Positions 12,505-21,736 of a DNA stretch of 64,000 nt are shown here, in pieces. Location of the stretch: contig NW_027362762.1 in NCBI RefSeq assembly GCF_046119375.1, forward strand, positions 858,390,001 to 858,454,000. Direction: 5' to 3'. The position numbers and the translations under genes are program-made. The notes beneath the pieces are model-generated. The model saw only the letters and a list, made by a program, of their open reading frames with translations. It was not told the origin of the DNA and searched no databases. The DNA is from Phyllobates terribilis (Eukaryota). The first letter of the stretch is position 1. Every line of letters begins with the position of its first letter.

Positions 12505-14994
12505 TGTGGCGCCCCTGAGGGTTCGGTCGCCGCAGAGGTACTGCATCTCACCCAGAGGTGTGATATCTCACTCTCAGGTAAGGAAGGAGTACAGTTCAGG
12601 ACCCTAACACCTGCATCCAACACACACCACTCCAAGCCAGCAGGAGGGGCAAGATGCCTCCCACGTACTTGCTGAGCCCCTTTCCTGGCTGGAGTGGGGG
12701 GAACCTAGCTGGTAAGGGGAACTAACTCGCCCCCTGGGCAGTGGGGTACTCGGAGCCGGGCAACAGGAGACGATGGGGGTAGTGGTGGCAACCCGGTTCC
12801 GTGGCTCAGGGCGGTCAGACCAATGGCAGTCTGCTATGTGCTGTTCATGTTGTCCGACTATGCCACCCGTGGATTGCGGTTATTATGAACCGCCGCTGCA
12901 AGGTAATCCCCTGAGGCTGATGGTGTACGCAGCTGAGGTTGTTTAACTCCCCACGGGAAGAGTGTAGCCCCAGGGTTGTGCAATGGATGATGGGGGTGAT
13001 GGTGCAGGGAGTCCCAGTACCGGTAGTGCTGGAGAAGCGAGAAAGTACACAGACAACGTACTGCAATCCAATGTCTTTTACTCACAGTTCATGTGCTCCG
13101 GGTCACTTCTGTACAGGTAGTGACCGCCCGAGCCGTGCTGCGTCCACCAGGTGTGGGGCTCGGTCAACTCCCAGGCAGTTCAGAAGTCTGGCTCAGGACC
13201 CCCTTTTGTACTTTCTCTGGCCTGCCTCACCAGTGACCCACTTTTGTCCAGCTGCCGCGGATCTGCGCGGGTAAACGTGGGCCCCATTCCCCGCTGTCCT
13301 ATATGGTGCCTTCCTAGCAGGTTTGATGAGGTGTCGCACCAATAAATGATCACGACCTCTGGTCTTTGGCTGAGGGTAGTTTCTCCTCCACCAACTTGGG
13401 ATCCGGTACCCTTAATCTACCTCACCTTTCACCCGGTATTCTCATGGGTTCTTAGGGTCCCTTCCACCTTCTTGTTCCTGAGCCCTTCTGTTTCTCTCTC
13501 TCTTCTCCTTCTTTCCTGTTCCTTCTTCTCCTGTTCCTTCTTCTCCTGTTCCTTCTCGGCCTCTTCTCTAGGCCCACCTCTGAGCGGAGCTCCTACAGAG
13601 CCTCCACTCCCTGTCTTCTCCTCTGACTGAACAGACTGACCCTGATCTAAGATGGTGCCCGCCTTATATACCTCCCTCTAAAGCATGAGCCCAGGTGACC
13701 AGCAACCAATGGGCTCCTACCTACGCTCAGGAACCGTCCCCTCCTGCTCCTACAACACTGGGTTTTCCTCCCCACTCCAGCCAGGGACATGGTCTGTCGT
13801 GCCTGCATTACTGTCTAATGGGAGCACCGTTGAACTGTCCCTCGGAAATGGGGTGTGTGTGCTGTATGCAGCTACCTGAGCCCTGGTCCATACTCCATCA
13901 TTACCCGGGAGTGGAATATCACACCTCTGGCAGAGGTGCAATACCCCTGTAGCGGCCGAACCCTCGGGGCGCTACAGAACCACATAGTGGGTGTGGGTGG
14001 AGGAAGTAGTTAAGGGGAGCACATAGAAGGGAGATATAAAATGGGAAGCCATCTTAGTGAGTTCAGATTAGTCAGAGGAAGAAAGTGAAAGGAGCAGAGG
14101 CTCTGCAGGAGCCCTGCTCCAGAGGCGGGCCTAGCCAGTAAGGCCCAAGTCTGAGAGGAACGAGAGAAGAGAGGAGAGGGAGCAGAGAGGCTCCAGGAAC
14201 AGAAGAAAGGACCCTAGGGATATGGGCCGTGCAGAAGGCCACCCATACTCCCGCATCTGCCTGGTGGTGGAGGGGTCAGGCCATCTAAGGGGAACCGGTC
14301 CCTCAACTAGTAGAAGATTGCAAGTCTCAGCTAGAAACCGGAAGCTGCAGTACTTTATGTCCTGTAGCCACAAGTCCACACCAGTCTCACCGAGAAGGTA
14401 GCCATATAGGACCCAGGGGACAGAACAGACGTCGCCCGCCAAGGTGCGCGGGTACTGGATTGGAGATACTAGGTGTGAGGTGCAGGGAAAAGGCCAGGTG
14501 GAGGACACAGAAGGGGGTCCTGCTAAGTACTCCGGAGCTATCTGGGGGTGGACTGAACCCCTCACTGAGTAAGCACAGCACGACGAGGGAGATTACTTTG
14601 GCGCCTGTAATCTGGATTGCAATAACTGTGAGTAAAGACCCTGGGACTGCACTTCCTTGTCTCTGTATTTCTTGCTGCGCCATCAACCCCTGCACTATAA
14701 CGCCCAGCACAACCTGCAACATCATCTACACTGCCCTGGAGCTAGCTCTTCCTGTGGAGAGCCACACCATCCCTGCTGCAGTAACATCAGCTTCAGAGGA
14801 CTGCTCCGCAGCGGCGGCTCCATTTAATCGCATTCCACAGGTGGCGTCACGAACTCTATAAAAACTCTATAAATCCCCTATACTTAACCCCTTTTATTGA
14901 CCGCCCTGGGTCACGGACAGGGTCACCGCCACTGTGACATTCCCAGCATCCACCGGCCCGGCACCAGGTACCCCACGGTCCAGGGGGCGCGTCA
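12505..14994 (+). mobile_element. Solo LTR (about 1.23 kb net) split by a nested LTR
   Basis: TGTGGCGCCCCTGAGGG ... CCAGGGGGCGCGTCA; TSD TATG at 12501-12504 and 14995-14998. Confidence 0.9.
12723..13976 (-). mobile_element. Solo LTR inserted antisense into another LTR
   Basis: TSD GAAC at 12719-12722 and 13977-13980; host LTR is continuous across the junction compared with 9009-10117; close relative of 61701-62982. Confidence 0.9.
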
Positions 14995-16713
14995 TATGTG
15001 AAGCGTTTTTCACATGCATTTCCGCATGCGGGTTGTCAAGCGCTTTCCAAGCGATTTTAGCATCACTTGGAAAGTGCTTGACAACTTGGTCACACTATAT
15101 AAATCCATACAACCGGCATGGAATTATATAGTGTGACCGTAAAAGAATGGTAAAAAATCCGATCCGATGCATCCGGTCTCCCCGGTGTCTCGCGGTTGTG
15201 CCGATGTCAGTGGTCGCGTGACCCGTCACATGACTAAATGATGTCATGGCAGGTCCTTTTAGGCCATCGCCAGCTGCCGGGGAGACTGGACGCATCGGAT
15301 AAGGAGACCGGGGGCCATCAGAAGGTAAGTATAATATTTATTTTTTATTTTAATTATTTTTTTTTTTACAGGTACTATGGTACCCGGGTCTGGAGAAGAG
15401 TCTCCTCTTCTCCAAACTCGAGTACCATCCGCACATTGAATCGCTTATTATCCGCATGTGCACATGTAGTCATGCGGATATCATGCGATTCAATGCAAGT
15501 CAATGGTAAAATAATTGGTAGTGCTGCGGATTTTTGCGCAATGATAATCCGCAGCGGAAATTTCCGCGGCATGTGCATAGCACATGCGGATTATCATTGG
15601 GGAACATAGCAGATCTTCTACCAAGCGTTTTTTATGCGTTTCTGCGGCGTAATTGCCGCTGCAGAAACGCTTAAAAAACGCATAGTGGGCACACAGCCTT
15701 ATATTCCGATATTCATAAATACTGTAGCTGTGGGTAATGAGGGATGTGGGGGGAGCGACAGCGGCGGAGTAGCGAGACACAGGAGGCAGCAGCCGCCTGT
15801 TGCAGCCCACACTGTGCCCGCTACTAAAGAAAATTAATATTCACTGCTCCCCACACCCATGGTCGTGGGGAGCAGTGAATATTCATTTTTCTTAATAGCC
15901 GGCACACTGGTATATATGGCATCCTTCATCCCTATATGTATGGCCCCCCTCATCCCTCTTCCTTGTATGTATGGCACCCTTCATCCCTGTATGTATGGCC
16001 CCCCTCATCCTGGTATGCTTGGCACCCCTTGATCCCCGTCACGCTGCACAGAAAAAAAAAATAAATTATACTCTCCTCCTCTGTCCTCCAGCGCTGCGTC
16101 CCGCTCTGGAGCCGACAGGGTTCTCAATGTGTGAGCCACGCATGGCGTAACTGCCATGCGCCCTCACACAGTGAGATGTTGTGCCAGAATAGTCACTGCT
16201 CCCCACACCAGGAAGCGACCCCGTTCTGTATTTTCACCAATTATTCAGAATGGAGACGATCAACAAACAGCGTCATCTGCTCTGGAGGACCCAACACTTC
16301 CATGATTTCCATGGATAGCCCAGTGATTACAGACAACCATGTGCAATACTTCATTTCTTCTTTGGAGGCGCTGTAGGGAAATTCAGCACTTGCTGCCGGG
16401 TACTCGCTTACTGCAGGAGGTTTGTGCAGAAGGGACCAATTTGGTCTTTATTCACAGCACATTGGGGCTTTACCTCTGACCCATATGGAGAAACCTCACA
16501 TGAGACTGGACGACCCCATCAAGGTCCATAGTGCTGGAGAATAAGACTCAGGGGCTAAACCCACATTCACTACATGGACGACCGATGGAATAAAGGCAAG
16601 AACAACGATGTAGGGGCTAAAAGAGAGATTTTATTTATAAATTGGGGTTATTATATATTTTACTATTATGTATATGTGTAAATTATTTATCTATCAGAAT
16701 AATCCTATTTATG

Positions 16714-16841
16714 GGCCGTGTTGATCCAGAGGAAGGCGAAAACCCCCTGTGAGGAACAGGCCAATTCTCCTCATATCAGGGGGAAAAATTCCTTCCTGAC
16801 CCCAAATAAAACATGGCGGTCAGAATAAATCCCAGGATCAA
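16714..16841 (-). ncRNA. Structured RNA repeat copy 1, ENE-like (U-rich internal loop)
   Basis: Closing stem TTGATCC/GGATCAA; on the minus strand GGAAGG-AAUUUUU-CCCCCUG...CAGGGGG-UUUUCG-CCUUCC; side arm CTGACC/GGTCAG. Confidence 0.65.
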
Positions 16842-17071
16842 GGGCTGGTACCGAACCTGTGGAATTAAATTCACTGCTAAAAATGTAATAAACTATTCAT
16901 CTTTTTCTAATTTTTGTACTGAGCTACTATGTATATTATGTGTGTGTCAGCTACAAATTATCTGAAAACCTGCCTATATTTAAACTGTATTTATTCATTT
17001 ATTTTTATGTATTTATAATAAGCCATTAATATATGAATTACTTATGCAACTATAAGATTAAATCTATTTAA

Positions 17072-17149
17072 GGCCGTGTTGATCCAGAGGAAGGTGTAAA
17101 ATTCCTTCCTGATCCCAAATATGGTGATCTGGATGAATCCCAGGATCAA
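17072..17149 (-). ncRNA. Structured RNA repeat copy 2, internally deleted (upper stem and U-loop lost)
   Basis: Same outer stems as the other copies, but GGAAGG and CCTTCC are joined by only about 10 nt. Confidence 0.55.
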
Positions 17150-17346
17150 GAGCTCATAGCTAATGTGTTATACATAAGTGAAATTATTTTATTTCAGTAT
17201 TTAATTATTTATATTTTTAGAATAATTTATTTTTATATTTATGTTAACTAATTTTTTAAACCAAAAAATAAATTATATTTTTTTATATATTTTTTTCATT
17301 ATAAATATGAGAATCTGCTTATTTTATTTTACTAAATCTATTTATA

Positions 17347-17468
17347 GGCCGTGTTGATCCAGAGGAAGGCGAAAACCCCACGTGAGAAATGTGCCAATTG
17401 TTCTCGTGACGGGGGGAAAATTCCTTCCTGACCCCAAATATGGCGATCGTGATGAATCCCAGGATCAA
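17347..17468 (-). ncRNA. Structured RNA repeat copy 3, ENE-like
   Basis: Same architecture; inner helix GAGAA/TTCTC replaces GAGGA/TCCTC (compensatory change). Confidence 0.65.
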
Positions 17469-17671
17469 AGGCTCGTACCTAACCTGTAAGTAGTGGAAGT
17501 GAGATTTTTTTTAAAATATTTTAATTAATTGTTATATATTTAGACTAAAAATGTTTTTGGTTTTGTGTAAAATGAACTATTTTTGAAAATATGTTTTAAA
17601 AAGTTGAAAGGTTTTTTTTTCATTGCTTATGTGTGAATCTTACTTATTGATATATAACTAAAGCTATTTAA

Positions 17672-17793
17672 GGCCGTGTAGATCCAGAGGAAGGCGAAAA
17701 CCCCTAATGAGGAATGGGCCAATTGTCCTCATATTAGGGGGAAAATTCCTTCCTGACCCCAAATATGGCGATCAGATTAAATCCCAGGATCAA
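17672..17793 (-). ncRNA. Structured RNA repeat copy 4, ENE-like
   Basis: Same architecture; helix CCCCTAA/TTAGGGG replaces CCCCCTG/CAGGGGG (compensatory change). Confidence 0.65.
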
Positions 17794-18153
17794 AGCCGAA
17801 ATCTCTTTCTATGTGCTATATGTCTATGTGTGCGTGTGCCTATACCTATAGTGTAGTGTGCGGCCTATACCGATCATGTAGTGGGGGTCTATACCTATAG
17901 TGTAGTGTGCGGCCTATACCTATCATGTAGTGTGGGTGATGGGGATGTGATGGGTGTAATACTTACCCGGCCTGTGCTGAGTGAGTTCAGGGATAGTGGG
18001 CCTATATTACACTATTGTTCCTGAACTCACCAGATGGACACTAATCACAGGCCGCTCCCTGGGGCGCTGAAGATCTTCGTGCTGGTTTGATGTCAATCGC
18101 CAGCCCAGGATTGGAGGATGCCAAGTCAAGGTCCTGGTGCAGCGACATGATAG

Positions 18154-19388
18154 TGACGCGCCCCCTGGGCCAGTGCTGTTTGGGGATTACCCGGAGCCGG
18201 ATCAGATGGGGGTTGTAGTCTCCGAGTGGCGGTGACCCGGTCCGTGCCCAGGGTGTCAAACTCAGTGTGTGGCAGTCTTTACAGATGTTGTTAAAGGTCC
18301 TTAATGTCGACTACGCCACCCGTTGATTTGCGGTCACAAGGCCGCCGCTGCAGAAGGGTCCGCTGAGGCTGGTGGTGTGTGTGCAGCTCTGGTAGTATAA
18401 CCCCCAACGGGAGGGGTATAGCCTCAGGGGGTCAGGTGTAGAGGATGGTGGTAGTGAAGGTGCAGGATGATTCAGCAAGAAGACTCAGAGTCGGGCTGTG
18501 CAGTTCAGGGGTTTTTACTTACGGGTGTTCTTATGGTCACTCTGGCCTGAAGTGACCACCCGAGCCGTGCTGCGTCCACCAGGTCCTGGACTCGGCCAAC
18601 CCCCAAGTAATTCTGGAGCGTGGTTCTGAGCTCCCTTTCTGACTTTCCCTCTCTTCTGGCCGTTCTCACCAGGGATCCACCTATGTCCGGCTCCCTCGGG
18701 TCTCTTGGTGGGTACACCTCTTCTGGGTTCCCTGACCCTATACTTGGTCTGCCTTCCTGGTGGATTTGGTGAGGGTCGTGGCAGATCCTGCCCACGACCT
18801 CCGGTCTCTGGCTAAGGTGTGCTTTTCTCTCTGCCAGCTTGGGATCCGGTACCCTAGGTGCCAACCCTTCACCCTGTTGCTTGTATTCTGGGGTCTTGGG
18901 GTTCCTTCTCCTTCTCTCTGGGTCCTTCTGACTCCTCTCTCTCTCTTGGCCTTGGAGCTGGGCCCAGCCGGAACCACAACTCCCTGTCAGCCCTTCTGGC
19001 TGAGCTTCTCTGCTCTGCTCCTCAGGCTAAACTCTGACAGACTGACCCTGATCTAAAATGGTGCCCACCTTATATACTCCCTCTATGTGTGAGCTCAGGT
19101 GACCAGCACCCAATGAGCTCCTAGCCTTACCCAGATTGCTCCCCCTATCTGCCCCTACACTACTGGGATGTTCCACCCCCCTCCCACTCCAGCCAGGGAC
19201 AGACACTATCGTACCTGCACATAAACTAGTGGGAGTACCGTCGATCTGTCCCCCGGAAATGGGATGTATGTAGTGTATGCAGCTAACTGAGCTCAGTTCC
19301 ACACTCCATCCTTACCCGGGAGTGGAATACCACACCTCTGGCTTGAGGTGTAATACCCCTGTAGCAGCCAAATCCTCAGGGTGCTACA
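18154..19388 (-). repeat. 3' LTR of the CSD element
   Basis: Near-identical to 21737-22971; TATATAA at 19070-19076, AGTAAA at 18514-18519. Confidence 0.95.
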
Positions 19389-19398
19389 TTCCCCCCTG
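19389..19398 (-). other. Polypurine tract
   Basis: Minus strand CCAGGGGGGAA directly precedes the TGT of the 3' LTR; near-identical tract at 60910-60919. Confidence 0.85.
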
Positions 19399-19815
19399 GT
19401 AAATCACAGCACGTCCTCGGGCTGTAAGAGAACAAAAACATCCACAAACATACATTTTTTTTTTCATAAAACATAAACATATAAAACAATATATATATCA
19501 GCATAAACTTTTCATAAATAACACTCTTGTTCTTCCGGCCACGGTGCAACTTGTGACCGGGTAAAGTGCGACAGTCTCTTCAAGAAAAACAACAGTTTCC
19601 TATAAAACCGGTAGGGGGCGCCTTAGGAAGCGCAACTATATACAAGGGAAGGTATTAGGAAAGGAATGACCGCTCTCAGTCCTCGGTCAGTGGGAATAGG
19701 GACACACGGGTTTCAGTTCAATTTGCTGGTCCCAACGGGGACTATATTTTAACTAGCAGCAGTAACAGTTCTTATACCCTTGACGGGTAACTATGTACAG
19801 TCTCTTTACCGTACT

Positions 19816-21621
19816 TTAATGACGGCGTACTCCTGCTCCTCCCTCAGACCCGTCCGGGTCCTCTTGCTCCTCTTCACACCGTAGCTCCTCCTCCGTCAGC
19901 CGGTGTACATGGAGGGCGTAGGGTCCTTTGGCACACTTGTGCCGGGTGAACGTGACCTCGTCCCCTACATATAGGTCACGTCCTCTGCGTCCCTCCGGCA
20001 GATGGGACTCCACGTCTCTGCGGGTGACAAAGACGTCGCCGGGGGTGTGATGATCCCTGATGAAACCCCAACCGTGCTGCAGTTGGAATTTAATTACAGT
20101 CCCGGTGGCACGGGGACCATGGGCTGCACGGGGGTTCCTCCTGGTCCGGCTCTTCTGCTCTGCACTCTGTTCCTGCAGCCGCTGCTCTCGGACCCGCCTC
20201 TCTCTTCGCTCCCGGTCGAAGACCTCTAACTGCTGCCGGCAGCACTCCGCACGCTCAGCTGCGGCTGCCCGAGTCTCTTGGGTGAATCCCATGAGGTCTC
20301 CTCCGGTGGGGTCCCACGCAAACTGCGCTTCCTCCAACGAGAGTGGGGTGATCTTAACGGGCTTCGGAACCGGAATCAGGGGCTCATCTAGGGGTCTTTC
20401 TTTCCGGAGTCGGGGATGGTGGAATTCCGGTGGCCACACAAAGGGCTGCCCATCCGGGCACGTGTGCTGGGCAAACAAGTCTTCACCCAGGTGCGGCACT
20501 CTAGATGTTGAGGGCGCGGTGGTGGAAGCGGCGCCCGGGTTCGCCAGGCCTTGCGACCAGGCCTGGGGTACCCTGAACGTAAAGGGCACCGTGAAGACGG
20601 CGGCGCCCGGGGTTACTTGGCCCAGCGACCAGGCCGGTGGCTCAGTGGAGGTAGAGGGCGCTGTTGGTACTGCGGCGCCCGGGGGTACTAGACCTTGCGA
20701 CCAGGCCGGTGGTGTTTCCTGCTTTGCCGCGCTCAGGGTTGAGGCGCGTGACGTCACAGGGGTCGCGGCCGCGGCTTCTGCTTGAGGCCTTGTCTGGAGC
20801 GGTGACGATGCAGCGACGGGCACGGCAGGGGGAATTTCGGGCTCTGCGACGGGGAGCTGGGGCAGGCACGCGGTTTCTCGGCTCGGGGTAGGGACGTCCC
20901 CTTTACCTGCCTCCGTCTGTTCAGCTCCCTCCTCGGCGCCGTCTCCGGCCTTCACTCCTCCTGCACCATCCTCAGAGGCGGTCTGTCTCCTCGTCTCGGG
21001 TGGCGTGCTCCGCTGGCGGGTTCTTGCCTGCAGGGCCATCTCTCGGCTCCACTCCGTCAGCGTCTCTCGCTGCACCTGGGCCATCCTCCATGCGAGGCGC
21101 TCCAGCGCGGTCTGCGCACACTCCCGGTCTCGGGGGAGCTGTGCCAGGACCTCCACTAAGCCTAGTGGGGTTGTTGCTTGCAGCAGGCTCCTGACCACTG
21201 GGTCGGTGCTGCCTGACTCTCCTTCCATCTCCGGGTACGACTTCATCGGAGTCCTCTCCAGACTTCTTGTCTCCGGGTGCGCTCTCTCCAGACTCCTCCA
21301 GGCTGCACCCATCTTCGCTCTTTTCTTCTGTCTCCGCTCACATTGAAGGTGGTCCCGGGGCAACTTTGTGATTGTCAGTTCCAGGGGCAGTTCTCTCACG
21401 CTGATGGACATATCAATCATCACAGTCTCTGCTGGTGGGGGCGGTTTCCACTTTTGGCGCCATTTCTTGACCTGGCCCACGATGGGAGGTGACCTTTTGC
21501 CACCCTCTGGCACGCCCATAATGGCGTCCGCACTTCCAAGGCGGGAAATCTTCTGGAAATGGCGGGAAAAAGCTGCAGATGGCGGGCAACCGGCGGGAAA
21601 CGATCCGTGATGGCGTTCCAT
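19816..21621 (-). CDS. About 601-aa protein: low-complexity Ala/Pro/Thr region, coiled-coil-like segment, C-terminal cold-shock domain
   Basis: Open from the first ATG (gccATGG, 21621; ORF track extends to a GTG at 21711) to the stop. Residues at 19897-20109, GTVIKFQLQHGWGFI...DVFV...LYVGDEVTF...KGPYALHV, match the CSD consensus (GTVKWF..KGFGFI..DVFVH..L.EG..V.F..KGP.A..V). Confidence 0.85.
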   Translation of the reverse strand: MERHHGSFPAGCPPSAAFSRHFQKISRLGSADAIMGVPEGGKRSPPIVGQVKKWRQKWKPPPPAETVMIDMSISVRELPLELTITKLPRDHLQCERRQKKRAKMGAAWRSLERAHPETRSLERTPMKSYPEMEGESGSTDPVVRSLLQATTPLGLVEVLAQLPRDRECAQTALERLAWRMAQVQRETLTEWSREMALQARTRQRSTPPETRRQTASEDGAGGVKAGDGAEEGAEQTEAGKGDVPTPSRETACLPQLPVAEPEIPPAVPVAASSPLQTRPQAEAAAATPVTSRASTLSAAKQETPPAWSQGLVPPGAAVPTAPSTSTEPPAWSLGQVTPGAAVFTVPFTFRVPQAWSQGLANPGAASTTAPSTSRVPHLGEDLFAQHTCPDGQPFVWPPEFHHPRLRKERPLDEPLIPVPKPVKITPLSLEEAQFAWDPTGGDLMGFTQETRAAAAERAECCRQQLEVFDRERRERRVREQRLQEQSAEQKSRTRRNPRAAHGPRATGTVIKFQLQHGWGFIRDHHTPGDVFVTRRDVESHLPEGRRGRDLYVGDEVTFTRHKCAKGPYALHVHRLTEEELRCEEEQEDPDGSEGGAGVRRH

Positions 21622-21714
21622 GGCGGGGACCCTCTGGAACCGGCGGGAGACTTCTTTTTGAGGTAAATGTGGACTTTCTTCAGGCACGCAGTACCCGGTG
21701 GTTGCGGGCACGTA

Positions 21715-21732
21715 ATCCTGCCGACTACGCCA
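21715..21732 (-). other. Primer binding site complementary to the 3' end of tRNA-Ser (AGA/TGA-type)
   Basis: TGGCGTAGTCGGCAGGAT, 4 nt after the 5' LTR; 18/18 to the vertebrate tRNA-Ser 3' end ATCCTGCCGACTACGCCA as recalled. Confidence 0.9.
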
Positions 21733-21736
21733 AAGT

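Larger units (their letters stand above)
12387..15698. mobile_element. PIF/Harbinger-type MITE (interrupted by LTRs)
   Basis: TIRs GGCTAAGTGCCCAC / GTGGGCACACAGCC; 3-bp TSD TTA; same family as 38199-39452. Confidence 0.8.
12316..16210. mobile_element. Second, interrupted copy of the Tigger-like MITE (right end not found)
   Basis: Left TIR (C)TGTATTTTTCAGACTATAAGAC after TA; similarity to 1200-1350 resumes at 15702 after the nested insertions. Confidence 0.6.

Noticed and set aside
16240-16620. Possible L1 ORF2 remnant
   Set aside because: Only vague compositional similarity and multiple stops; no diagnostic motif.
16714-17793. CRISPR-like repeat-spacer array or pre-miRNA/snoRNA/tRNA cluster
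   Set aside because: Eukaryotic context, ~120-nt branched repeats, irregular 200-230-nt spacers, no cas genes; no C/D or H/ACA boxes, cloverleaf or simple pre-miRNA hairpin evident.
18505-19302. Duplicated short ORFs (also 22088-22885)
   Set aside because: Lie within the twin LTRs; no coding signature.
19816-21711. Gag capsid, zinc knuckle, protease or pol domains in the LTR element
   Set aside because: No CCHC, D(S/T)G, YxDD or integrase motifs in the main or alternative frames provided; a cryptic capsid fold cannot be excluded without structure prediction.
21715-21732. tRNA-Ser gene (also 63678-63700)
   Set aside because: Only the 3' 18-23 nt including CCA are present, adjacent to an LTR: a PBS, not a gene.
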